Of a stretch of DNA of 35,715 bases, positions 11,166 through 22,533 are shown in pieces. Position 1 is the first letter of the stretch. Each line of letters starts with the position of its first letter. The stretch is from Octopus sinensis (Eukaryota). The DNA lies in assembly GCF_006345805.1 (NCBI RefSeq), contig NW_021828064.1, positions 1 through 35,715 of the forward strand, read 5' to 3'. Below the pieces are notes generated by a model. That model was not told where the DNA came from. It was given only the letters and a program-made list of their open reading frames with translations, and made no database searches. Made by a program: the position numbers and the translations under genes.

Positions 11166-11790
11166 TTATTTGGTTCAGTCATTAGACCGTGGCCACGCTG
11201 GAGCACCGCCTGAAGAGTTATTAGTTGAACGAATCGACACCAGTACTTTTTCTTATTTCTTTATTGCCCACAAGGGGCGAAAAATAGAGGGGACAAACAA
11301 GAACAGACAAAGGGATTAAGACGATGACATCGACCCCAGTGAGTAACAGGTACTTAATTTATCGACCCTGAAAGGATGAAAAGCAAAGTCGACCTTGGCG
11401 GAATTTGAACTCAGAACGTAGCGGCAGACATACCTATTTCTTTACTACCCACAAGGGGCTAAACATAGAGGGGACGAACAAGGAGAGACAAACGGATTAA
11501 GTCGGTTATATCGACCCCAGTGCGTAACTGGTACTTATTTAATCGACCCCGAAAGGATGAAAGGCAAAGTCGAGATCGGCGCAATTTGAACTCAGAACGT
11601 AGCGGCAGACATACCACTAAGCATTTCGCCCGGCGTGCTAACGTTCCTGCCAGCTCGACACTAGTACTTTTTCTATTGGTATCTTCTTGCCGAACCGCTA
11701 GGTCACGGGGACATAAACAAATCAATACAGGTTGCGAAGCATGTAAGTGGGAGGACAAACAAATACAAAGACACACACACATATTCATGC
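11166..11790 (-). mobile_element. SINE family A 3' half, interrupted by a family B dimer
   Basis: Tail ttcagtcattagaccgtggcc at about 11174; A sequence resumes at 11675 (gccgaaccgctaggtcacgggg). Confidence 0.75.
11254..11658 (-). mobile_element. Head-to-tail dimer of SINE family B with a single TSD
   Basis: Units 11254-11434 (5'-truncated) and 11435-11658 (full); flanking 19-bp repeat cgacac[c/t]agtactttttct at 11235-11253 and 11656-11674. Confidence 0.9.
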
Positions 11791-11917
11791 ATATACAAAT
11801 ATGAAAATTGCTTGGAGACACAAGGTGTGTCACAAAAACCTGTCTAAACTCGCGCCTCTAATGCAGGATACTATCTGTATATTCCATCTTTATACTATAT
11901 CAAATATTTCTATCTAC

Positions 11918-12362
11918 AGGCATGATAGAGCTGCACAATATATTCACTGGGTAATTTGCAAAAGCCTGGACTTGCCTCATGATAAAAACTGGTGGGAACA
12001 CAAACCACCTCCTCTGGAACTTCACCATTCAAACTGACAGAAAGATAGATGCGAATAGGCCAGACATCATATTGAAAGACTTCAGACAAAAATCATGCCT
12101 CCTCATTGATATGACTATCCCAATCGATATAAACGTATCTGTTAAGACCTACCAAAAACTGAGCAAATATAAAGATCTTGAAATAGAAATGAGCAAAATA
12201 TGGAACCTGAAGGCTAAAACAATACCTGTTGTCATAGGTGCCTTGGGGATGACAGCAAAAGGGGCTGATTGCTACCTGGCTCAGATACCATGAAACCCCA
12301 AAATGGCAGAAATTCAGAAGATAGTGCTCATGGGAACTGCTCATATCCTACGCAAAATACTT
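11918..12362 (+). mobile_element. R4/Dong-clade LINE fragment, restriction-like endonuclease domain
   Basis: RHDRAAQYIHW...ANRPDIILKD..LLIDMTIP...KLSKYKDLEIE..IPVVIGALG...GTAHILRKIL (RHD and PD..D motifs); contains a frameshift and a stop. Confidence 0.9.
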
Positions 12363-12670
12363 GTAACAAAAATGGTCCTAATTTAAGTATGCGCCGAAAG
12401 GATGGAATTTACGTGAGAATAAGAAGTACTTACTATGATACACTCGGTGAGCAGGGTGACACGGGATCTGTGGAGTTTTTTAGTCGCCCCTGGGTGACAC
12501 TTCCCACTATGGCGGAATTTTCTTATATGTATAATTGTATTGTTAATTGATATTGTTTTATTGCTTATATGTATTTTATTTAACTCCAACCTCCACTATC
12601 CCTTGTTTTGTTTCGTCCTTTATCTGTGTGCGGCCTTGTGGCCCCCAAAATATTATTATTATTATTATTA

Positions 12671-13036
12671 TTATTACCTCCGCCTTAGCGAAGTTTTCAG
12701 TCGTGTTTGTTTGTTTGTCCGTTGACAAGATATCTCAAGAACCGCTGCATAGATTCGGATGAAACTTTCAAGAATGTTTGGCCTCGTGACTGTCACGAAC
12801 TGATTAGAGTTGGGGATCGATCCGGTACCGGACAAGGATTCTGGATTATTTTTACTGTTTCTTTACTCAATTTTTGAGAGCAGTAGGCTTTAGTATTCTC
12901 ATTTTTAGTATTGTCTTTTGTGAGGGTAACTGAGTTTATTTCAGATATTCCCATTTTAAAAATCATCTCTGGTTAATCGTTAAGAGGACGTTGGAGTGAC
13001 ATTGGCGGAGGTTTGCGCTCTCTGAGTGCTCTTGTT
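12671..13036 (+). mobile_element. Non-autonomous Helentron-type element (HINE/DINE-like)
   Basis: Subterminal inverted repeats acctccgcc (12676-12684) / ggcggaggt (13004-13012); 3' hairpin gcgctc-tct-gagtgc (13015-13029); gtttgtttgtttgt tract near the 5' end; TT-rich flanks. Confidence 0.75.
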
Positions 13037-13152
<116 letters not shown>

Positions 13153-13567
13153 TAGTTCCAGTGCAGATTAAATAAACAGGAACGTTAAATCTAAGTGAAA
13201 ACGGAGATTGAGATGTGAGGTCGGTTGTTCAAATTACAAGTGATTACAGAAAAAAACAAGCAAGAAAACATACATGAATTATATATCTACACACACGTAC
13301 ACACACATATATATATACACGCACACATACACACACACATATACCTATATATATATATGCACACACATTGGCGCACGTATACATATCAGATATAAACAAT
13401 CTTCTACTGACACTTTAATCGTATACAAACACAGGCATCAGCGCATAAATACCGCCACATATTAAGTAGCTATATACAATACGCACATGCACCAACATAT
13501 ACATATATGTACATAGACATACATATTTATACACAGACATACCGACATACATATGTACAAATGCATA

Positions 13568-13694
13568 TATATATATGTATATATATGAACGTACAGCACA
13601 TACCTACATACACATGTACATATCCATATATATGTATATATATGAACGTATAACACATACCTGCATACACATGTACATATCCATATATATGTAC
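13568..13694. repeat. 57-bp tandem repeat, about 2.2 copies
   Basis: gaacgta at 13587 and 13644; a 19-aa repeat appears in the antisense ORF. Confidence 0.9.
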
Positions 13695-13847
13695 ACACGT
13701 TCACACACACACACACATACACACATACAAATACAGACACATGTATAGAAAGATGGCTACGCAGAACATTCATCAAAATATTAAAAGAAACGATCGTTTG
13801 AGGCGTAGTGACTAATAGAGAGAGTGATAGATAAATAGTGATATATT

Positions 13848-13893
<46 letters not shown>

Positions 13894-13905
13894 CAGAGAG
13901 AGTGA

Positions 13906-13948
<43 letters not shown>

Positions 13949-14520
13949 TATATATATATTAGACATATATGAAAGAGAGATAGAGGGGAAGAGAGAGAGT
14001 GTGTGTGTATGTGTGTGTATGAAAGTGAAAAAAAGCACTAAAGAGAGTAAAACTAAGGAAAATGATGTTTTTGAGTACATGTGTCATTGTATCTGTGTAT
14101 ATGTGGTTATACATACATATTTCTGTAAGGGTGAGTGTGTGTATGTATAGAACTTCCAACAAACAGCATAACCCTCCTCTTCTTCCTCCTCCTAATCCTC
14201 CTCCACCACCACCACCACCACTACCACCACAATACATCTTGCACACATCTATCCTATTATACCCCCCCATCCATCGTGTTCCTGTATAAACAATCTCTCT
14301 TTCAATATCACCGTGTTTCAATCAGCTTATGTTAATGGCTGCAGCTGTTTAGCAACAACAGTCTAGCAAACATGGACGAAGTCTACAACGGTTTCCGCCA
14401 TTTTGTTTTACGTTAATACATATCGCTCCTTCTCTTCCTTTCTACACATAAATAAGCGATCTATGTGACTGCGTATGCTTTTACTGTATGTATACGTGCG
14501 TATTTATATATTTGTGTGTG

Positions 14521-14569
<49 letters not shown>

Positions 14570-14701
14570 TTTTATATATATTTATATATACTTTTATAGA
14601 TACACACACATTAGTATATATCTATACACACACACGTGTATTTTAATGTTTGTTTTTGTGTTCAGTTATAATAAAAACAATTTTACAAGAATCTGATGGG
14701 T

Positions 14702-14852
14702 GGCACAGGCGTGGCTGTATGTTGAGTAGCCTGCTCCCCAGGCACATTGTTCCAGGTTTAGTTCCACTGCATGACACCTTGGGCAAGTGTCTGGTCAACC
14801 TAAGCCTCGTGGCTAGATTTGATAGACAGAAACTGAATGAAACTGGTCGTAT
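14702..14852 (+). mobile_element. Old SINE family A 5' half
   Basis: ggcacaggcgtggctg...caccttgggcaagtgtct...gatttgatagacagaaactga. Confidence 0.85.
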
Positions 14853-14934
14853 ATATATAAATTTCAAACCTGGGTTCTCATTCCATTAGACATTCTAAAT
14901 TAAATTTATTTCATTTAATTTTAAAAAAGGTAAA

Positions 14935-14964
14935 ATCGGACGGAACTTATGGGATGACCTAATA
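14935..14964. mobile_element. Solo mariner-type terminal inverted repeat plus TA
   Basis: atcggacggaacttatgggatgacctaa|ta resembles the right TIR of the mariner at 26959-26987 (atcggcacgaactttccggacaacccaa|ta). Confidence 0.5.
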
Positions 14965-15057
14965 TATAAATTTATTTGTAATCTTTTCTAAGTAAATGTT
15001 CATAAAATGATGATTATTGTTATTTTAAACCATGTCAGAAATTTCTTAAATATTAAT

Positions 15058-15279
15058 TTCCTCAATCGATGGATTGGCAGATGAGGTCCGCTGCCTTGGC
15101 CTCTGAGTTCTTAACTAGCCTTGACTGTTTCCTATGGAGGCATTTTAAGTCCGTTGTCTCCACAACTCGTTCGAGAAGTGTTGAAGAATTAAAAGGAAAT
15201 ATAAAGAACTCAATGTGCAAAGATTGACATTGAAGTTTTGAATAATGTACGAAATTCTGTTGGGTTTCGTTTTCAGAAA
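15058..15279 (+). mobile_element. Tc1/mariner-superfamily transposase C-terminal relic
   Basis: With stops and frameshifts: NRWIGR*GPLPWPLSS..LDCFLWRHFKS..RSVEELKGNI..IDIEVLNNVRNS, matching the WIGR-GP..WPxxSPDLxPLDxFLW motif. Confidence 0.75.
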
Positions 15280-15415
15280 TCAGTTTGAACAATTATTGTA
15301 ACCGTTTTCCGTTTTTGTTTTCCTTTTTTTTTTTTTTCGGTGTGAGTTAATAATTTTGTGATAATGAATATTATGTAAATAAAATAAAAGATTATCGTAT
15401 TTCTTACATAAACGC

Positions 15416-15417
<2 letters not shown>

Positions 15418-15469
<52 letters not shown>
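15418..15469. repeat. (CT)n microsatellite
   Basis: Direct reading. Confidence 0.95.
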
Positions 15470-15472
<3 letters not shown>

Positions 15473-15746
15473 ACGTGTGTCTTTATGTTTGTCCCTCATA
15501 ACGGCTCGACAGCTAGCATTGTTATGTTTACGTCTCCGGAAATTAACAGTGCGTCAAGAAGGACCAATAGACTAAGAACCAGACTAAATGAAGTTGATCT
15601 CCATCAGACCCTAATCTTTGACCCACATTTATATTGCTACAGCATTAGCTTCTGGTTGGCTTCATCGATATTGTGTCCACTAGTTGTTCTTCGTCTGAAC
15701 ACCCTCCATCTGAAATTTCATCCATATCCGTGTTATGCTAGTGTAG

Positions 15747-15845
15747 AGAAACATGGCTTAGTGGTTTAGGTGTTGGATTCATGATCGTAAGATTGTGGTT
15801 TCGATTTCTGGACTAGGCGATATGTTGTGCTCTTGAACAAAGCAC
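15747..15845 (+). mobile_element. tRNA-derived SINE head, family C
   Basis: A box tggcttagtggttt, B box ggtttcgatttc, then gttgtgctcttgaacaaagcac; body missing. Confidence 0.7.
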
Positions 15846-15878
15846 GCTGCCCTAATCACTGGGCCATTGCGCCTCCAC
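15846..15878 (-). mobile_element. 5' 33 nt of SINE family D
   Basis: Reverse complement gtggaggcgcaatggcccagtgattagggcagc matches 17945-17977 at 32/33. Confidence 0.85.
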
Positions 15879-15959
15879 ACACACACATATATATATATAC
15901 ACACACACATATATATACGTGTGTATGTGTGAACGTGTGTGTGTGTATGCGTGCCTGTA

Positions 15960-16160
15960 TGTGTGTTTGACCCCCCCCCATTACTTGACAGCCGATGCTG
16001 GCGTATTTACGTCCATGTACCCTAGCGGTTCAGCAAAAGAAACCCATGGAATAAGTACCAGGTTTAAAAAAGTAAGTACTGAGGTCGATAACTCCGACCA
16101 AAATTATTCAAGGAGGTGCCCCAGCATGGCCGCAGACTAATGACTGAAACAAGTAAAAAG
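15960..16160 (+). mobile_element. SINE family A 3' half
   Basis: cttgacagccgatgctgg...cagcatggccgcagactaatgactgaaacaagtaaaaag. Confidence 0.85.
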
Positions 16161-16349
16161 GGTTAAAAACAAAGTAAAAGATTAAATTTGGTGTTTTATT
16201 CGTGAGTCCAACTATATTAAGTATTGAAATCCGTGCTTCTGATGGCTGACAAGGCAGATTATCGCGTGGAACATTTATCTACATAGGTTACGTCTGATGA
16301 TTGGCAGAAGTCTTTGTTGGAGTTATAAGGTCTTTCGTCATATCCGTTT

Positions 16350-16570
16350 ATATTCTTGTTTTTCGACGATGTTTTTCAACTTGTTCAATACCAAATCTTG
16401 ATGATTTGACGCCACGCTGTTCTCTCTTGGACATATCGCTCCCAGGACTTAGGGTCAACATTGATGCTCTCCATCGTCTGTGTTCAGTTGGTCATTACAG
16501 TATCGCTTATGCCTGTGCTGAATTCGTTGCGGAGGATTTGACGTGGCAATCTGGCGCTATTCATGCGGTG
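16350..16570 (-). mobile_element. RTE-clade LINE C-terminal fragment
   Basis: Minus-strand translation HRMNSARLPRQIL..FSTG / INVDPKSWERYVQERTAWRQII matches the RTE RMxxxRLPKQIL...IDxxxWExxAxDRxxWR motif. Confidence 0.75.
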
Positions 16571-16679
16571 GAGATATACATTGTAGGGGATCAGACGGAA
16601 AATAAACACCAGATCCCTATTTTATTTTACTTTTTTGTTAGAAATAAACATTGCCTAGAGCAGTACATATACAACTCCA

Positions 16680-16681
16680 TA

Positions 16682-16747
<66 letters not shown>

Positions 16748-16755
16748 GCTGCTGC
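16680..16755. repeat. (TAC)n ending in (TGC)n
   Basis: Direct reading. Confidence 0.95.
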
Positions 16756-17044
16756 TTAAATAAATTTAAATCACTCATAGGGAAGGGAAACTGCAACTTG
16801 AAACCTTGATGTTTCTATTTAGAAGCATCAAGAAATTTGGATAAGCAGCTGTTATGTCTTAAGAAAATAAATTATGTAAAAAAAAAAATAATGATAATGA
16901 AAATTTAAAAAATGCGAAGGAAAAAGATGAAAATTCTTTAAATGTTTAAAAGAAGGAGGAGGATGAGGACGACGACGAAAAGAAGAATTAGGAAGGGGAG
17001 AAGAGGAAAGGAGGAAGTTTGGAAGAAGAGAAGAGATGGAAGAA

Positions 17045-17077
<33 letters not shown>

Positions 17078-17607
17078 GAAAGGGGAGGAGGAAAAGAAGA
17101 AGAAATAAGTAAACCTACTTTGTGTCAGGCTTGAGAAAATAAACTTGGGGTATCTAAGACATCCTTTTATTTACCCGATTTACAGACAGCCTGAACGGTG
17201 GTGGTGGTGATGGGGTGGATCTGCTTCCTAATCTGAAAACTGGAAGCTCTCCCCCCTCAATACCTCCACACCTATATCCACACTACACCTTTTCCCCGAA
17301 TCTCCCACACTCAGCTTTTTAACGCTTTCTTTCCCCTTTCGTTTCGTTTCGTTTGCATTAAATATTTATTTACGGTTGTAAACGGAGTCGAACTGGCAGT
17401 CGTGGGTGTTAAAAACTAAGAAAAAGGGAAAGAAACAAAAAAACGGAAACAAGACATAAAACAGGAAAAAAAAAACAGGCTGTTTATCATGTTACTTTGC
17501 AGGGATGGGAGGAGAGGCAGACACCCGAACAACAGTAACAACAACTACTACTATTACTACTACTGCTACTACTTTTACCACCACCACCACCACCACTACC
17601 ACCACCA

Positions 17608-17650
<43 letters not shown>

Positions 17651-17653
17651 CTG

Positions 17654-17828
17654 TATTTCTTTATTACCCACAAGGGGCTAAACATAGAGGGGACAAACAA
17701 GGACACAAAAGTATTAAGTCAATTACATCGACCTCCAGTGCGTAACTGGTACGTAATTTATCGACCCCGGAAGGAGGAAAGGCAAAGTCGACCTCGGCGA
17801 AATTTGAACTCAGAACGCAGGTACGGCA
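17654..17828 (-). mobile_element. SINE family B, 5'-truncated
   Basis: Nearly identical to the dimer units at 11254-11658. Confidence 0.9.
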
Positions 17829-17945
17829 TCATCAGCCTGTGATATTGGTGACACTGAATGCGAGGCGATTTCATTTGCTTTTACTCCGGTTATTCCTGGG
17901 GCTATGACCAATGCTAGTCTAGCAACACCGATAACAGTAGGTGCG

Positions 17946-18131
17946 TGGAGGCGCAATGGCCCAGTGGTTAGGGCAGCGGATTCGCGGTCGGAAGAACGCG
18001 GTTTCGATTCCCAGACCGGGCATTGTGAGCATTTATTGAGCAAAAACACCTAAGCTCAACGAGGCTCCGGCGGGGTGGGTGGGTGTGTGAATCCCGCTGT
18101 ACCCTTTCACCACAACTTTCTCTCTTTCTTC
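17946..18131 (+). mobile_element. tRNA-derived SINE family D
   Basis: A box tggcccagtgg (17957-17967), B box ggtttcgattccc (18000-18012), pyrimidine-rich 3' end. Confidence 0.8.
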
Positions 18132-18829
18132 CTACTTCCGATGTTGATAGTGATGACGTTGATGGTGATGATGAAATGTTGATAATGGTAGTTTCCAATT
18201 TAATAATAATGACGACGACGACGACGACGACGACGTGAACGATGATGAAAACCAGGCAAAAAAAAAACAAAAGAAGAAAGCAAAAAAAAAAATTAAATTA
18301 GGGCAAACTGAAACGAGTAATCATAGTATTTGAGAGATAAAAGAAATTGCAGATCATCAGGATGGAGTTTACATTGTGATTATTGAGTGCAGTACATCTT
18401 TTCAACGGCGTTTCATAAATATCATAGAACAAACAACACATGAAACACAACAGAATGCCTCCACCACCACCACCACCACTACAACCAATACCAACACTAC
18501 CAGTGCCCCACCACCACCACCACCATCAACAAACATTCTTCCTTTCCCCACTCTCTTTTTATATTATTAATATAGACTTTAATATATTTTAATACACAAT
18601 TTGTAAGCAGCATTAATATATATATATAATCTATTTCGTTGCTGTTTGTTGTTGTTGCCATTGGAGGTGGTGATGGCGTTGGTGTTGTTGTGGTTGGGTT
18701 TTGTGTTGTAGTTGATGTTCTTGTTGTTGTTGTTACGCTAAAACTCACGATATTAATGTCAGTAAATCTCTTTTTGTTTTGTTTTGTTTTTGTCCTTTGG
18801 TTATTTTTATTTCTATTATTCTCTTAAAC

Positions 18830-19074
18830 GTAATCCCACAAACACGCACACTCGCACGCACTCACACACACACACACACACACACGCATGCACGCACACT
18901 CACATATCCACACACATGAAGGAATGTATGCATGTGTGTACTGTGTGTATATGTTTAAAAATATTGTGTATGTGTATATATATATATACGTATATGATAT
19001 GCATGTATTTTCATATGTAGATTTTACGTACAAGCATATATATATATATATATATATATATCTATATATATATA

Positions 19075-19105
<31 letters not shown>

Positions 19106-19367
19106 GATATATATATATATATATATATACATATATATAAATATATATACAAACTAAATATATGCATAAATCTATATACATATTTAAATACACACATGCG
19201 CGCGCACACAAACACATAAAAGTATTTATACGCATATATACATATATGTTATATATCGATACTATACAAATATCTATTTAAATCTACATCCATCTTCCTA
19301 TGTATGTATGTATGTATTCATTTATGTATCTATGTAGCTCTCTGTCTGTCTGTCTCTCTCCCTCTTC

Positions 19368-19417
<50 letters not shown>

Positions 19418-19525
19418 TCACACATATACATACACACATATGCATACAGATACATACATAGATACATACAAACATACATACACACATATATATGTATATA
19501 TATGTAGTTCTCTGTCTCTCCCTCC

Positions 19526-19571
<46 letters not shown>

Positions 19572-19730
19572 TCACACATATACATGCATAAACACACATA
19601 TGCATACAGATACATACATAGATTCATACACACATACATACATGCATATATATATGAACGTATATACTTATGCACACACACACATACACTACATACACAG
19701 TCATATATACACTTACATACACAGTATTAT
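18830..19730. repeat. Compound CA/TA/CT/TACA block with an internal ~160-170-bp duplication
   Basis: Units start at 19331 and 19501 (tatgtag[c/t]tctctgtc). Confidence 0.85.
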
Positions 19731-19969
19731 ATAATATCTTAAACTATTGTTGCATATCGTTTCGTCAGGTGATTGGATAATTTAGCCTATGATAGACTAC
19801 GTCCGAAAAGAGGGTTTATCTTGGTCACAGCGTCTTTAATCATTCTGTGTGTATTCATAGTTTAATACCGCAATGTGGAATAAGCTGACAACGCAGTGTG
19901 TTCACGCGTGGGTATGTAGTGAATAACACACTCGTCCGGCTAAAAACAAGAAGCAGAACGATAAATGGC

Positions 19970-20026
<57 letters not shown>
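19970..20026. repeat. (TAA)n array, first of several flanking the Dong copies (others near 20390-20449, 20718-20746, 22392-22478)
   Basis: Direct reading. Confidence 0.95.
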
Positions 20027-20031
<5 letters not shown>

Positions 20032-20037
20032 TAAAAA

Positions 20038-20388
20038 ACAACGTGTCTCTAAAAGAAATGGACAAACTTTCAAAATACAAAGACCTGGAAATAGAGGTAA
20101 CTAGAATGTGGACTCTAAAAACAGAAACAATTCCTATCATAGTAGGTGCATTAGGCATGATAAAAAAAATATTCAGACAAATACATAACAAAAACACCAG
20201 GACTTACAAACACATATAACATACAGAAAATTGCACTACTAGGCACTGCACACATCCTACGCAGAACACTTTCCATACAATAACCATCAGAGCATCACAA
20301 CAAATCACAGCACATACCCAAGGCACACAGAGCTGCGCTCCGTAGTGAAGTGAAAGCACGATATATATATATAAAAAAAACTACTGAA
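20038..20388 (+). mobile_element. R4/Dong LINE 3' end (RLE C-terminus plus 3' UTR)
   Basis: NVSLKEMDKLSKYKDLEIEVTRMW..IPIIVGALG / QKIALLGTAHILRRTL*; 3' UTR nearly identical to 22290-22393; (TAA)n on both sides. Confidence 0.9.
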
Positions 20389-20390
20389 TG

Positions 20391-20438
<48 letters not shown>

Positions 20439-20450
20439 TAATAATAATAT

Positions 20451-20717
20451 GTGTGGTCAATGAGGAGAGTAGACGTGATGCCAATAATAATTGGTGCACT
20501 TGGAAGTATCAGCTCTCAATTACCAACATGGCTGAAAAAGATTGGTGCAGGTGTGAAGCTGGAACACCTACAAAGATCAGCATTGCTTGTAAATGCAAGA
20601 ATTCTCTGCAGGGTTCTTGAAGCGTGACCAGTAAACAGCTGTCACCTTAGTCTGCCGGCTGTGGACGGCTGACACTTTCCTTCATCTCCAGAAGAATAAG
20701 CTATGAGCTTTCATCGC
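20451..20717 (+). mobile_element. R4/Dong-like LINE 3' end, different lineage
   Basis: WSMRRVDVMPIIIGALGSISSQLPTWLKKIG..LEHLQRSALL..ARILCRVLEA*; distinct 3' UTR followed by (TAA)n. Confidence 0.8.
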
Positions 20718-20746
20718 ATAATAATAATAATAATAATAATAATAAT

Positions 20747-22388
20747 ATGGATGACCTAAAACTATACGCTGCAAATGACAGCTGGAAACACTATTAAAGA
20801 CAGTTCATGGATTTACCAAAGAAATAGATATGAAATTTGGATTAGAAAAATGCGCCAAAGTAACCATGAAAAGAGGAAAACTAGTTAAGAGTAACAACAT
20901 CACACTAGATAAAACCAATGAAATAAAAGAATTAGACCAAAGCCAAACTTACAAATACTTAGGAATCCATGAACTAGATAAGACACAACACACACAAATG
21001 AAAGAGAAAATAAAAAAAAGATATTATAGACGAGTTAGATCAATACTAAAAACAGAGCTCAATGCTAAAAACAAGATAATAGGTATCAACACTTTAGCTG
21101 TCCCAGTTATAAGTTACAGCTACAATATCCTTAACTGGACACGAAATGAACTGTCCAAAATAGATAGGAAAACAAGAAAAATACTGACAGGATCTAGGAT
21201 GCATCACCCAAATCTGACATAGAAAGACTATATATACAACGTGAAGGTGGTAGAGGCCTTATATAGCTGGAAAACTACTATAAAATAACCACCATAGGAC
21301 TGCAAAAATACCTACTTCAGAAGGAAGGAAAACTGATCCAGATAGCAGCAAAACACGAGCAAAACAAAAAACTGTTCTCAGTATTTAAGGAAGCTGACAA
21401 ATACAAACAAGAAATCATACCACCTAATAAACACAAAGAAGAAGAAGAAGATGATGAAAACAACAAAAGCTATAAAACAAATGAAATCCAAACTAAAATA
21501 GAACAGCAACGAGCCATGATAAAACGATGGCAAGAAAAGCCCCTTCATGGTAATACTGCACTAAACTAAACGCAAAAGAAATAGACAAAGAAAATCCCAG
21601 CAATGGTTGAGAAGCTCAGGACTCAAAGCAGAAACAGAGGGATTTTTAATTGCAGCAACAAGACCAAAGCCTCCCCACCAGAAATTACAAAAAACATGTA
21701 ATGAAAAGAAATATTACAAGTAACTGCAGAATATGTGGAGATGGACAAGAAACAATAAATCATATTATCTCTAGCTGCCCAGTCCTGGCTAAGAAGGAAT
21801 ATATTCACAGACATGACAGAGTTGGAACCTACATACATTGGAAGCTATGCCAACATTATGGAATAACAACAGAAAAAAGATGTATAGGCACAGACCAGAA
21901 AAGGTCACAGAAAACGAGAAAGCAACCATACTCTGGGATATGCCGATACACACAGATAGAGAATTAAGGCCAACAGACCAGATATAGTTGTCAGAGATCA
22001 TGAAGAAAAAAAATGCTTTCTAATTGATGTATCAATACGGCAGATGACAACGTGTCTCTAAAAGAAATGGAGAAACTCTCAAAATACAAAGACCTGAAAT
22101 AGAGGTAACTAGAATGTGGAACCTGAAAACAGAAACAATTCCTATCATAGTAGGTGCATTAGGCATGATAAAAAAAATATTCAGACAAAAATACATAACA
22201 AAAACACCAGGACTTACAACACATATAACATACAGAAAATTGCACTACTAGGCACTGCACACATCCTACGCAGAACACTTTCCATACAATAACCATCAGA
22301 GCATCACAACAAATCACAGCACATACCCAAGGCACACAGAGCTGCGCTCGGTAGTGAAGTGAAAGAGCACGCTATAAAAATAAAACTA

Positions 22389-22393
<5 letters not shown>
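20747..22393 (+). mobile_element. R4/Dong LINE, 5'-truncated 1.65 kb (RT C-terminus, CCHC finger, RLE, 3' UTR)
   Basis: MDDLKLYA, MKFGLEKCAKV, YKYLG, MHHP, CRICGDGQETINHIISSC, RHDRVG, RPDIV..LIDVSI, KLSKYKD; several frameshifts; (TAA)n on both sides. Confidence 0.95.
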
Positions 22394-22478
<85 letters not shown>

Positions 22479-22533
22479 GATGATGATGATGATGATGATG
22501 ATAAGAAGAAGAAGAAGAAGAATACAAATACCA

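Noticed and set aside
16805-16832. 12-bp hairpin cttgatgtttct-attt-agaagcatcaag
   Set aside because: Isolated, with no supporting element ends or RNA motif
17946-18015. tRNA-like sequence (also 15752, 6832, 1199)
   Set aside because: These are SINE heads: A and B boxes are present but there is no complete cloverleaf, and they continue into SINE bodies
18347-18570. Frame DHQDGVYIVIIECSTSFQRRF... resembling a filamin-repeat start
   Set aside because: The similarity is limited to a few residues and the frame runs into ACC/CCA repeats
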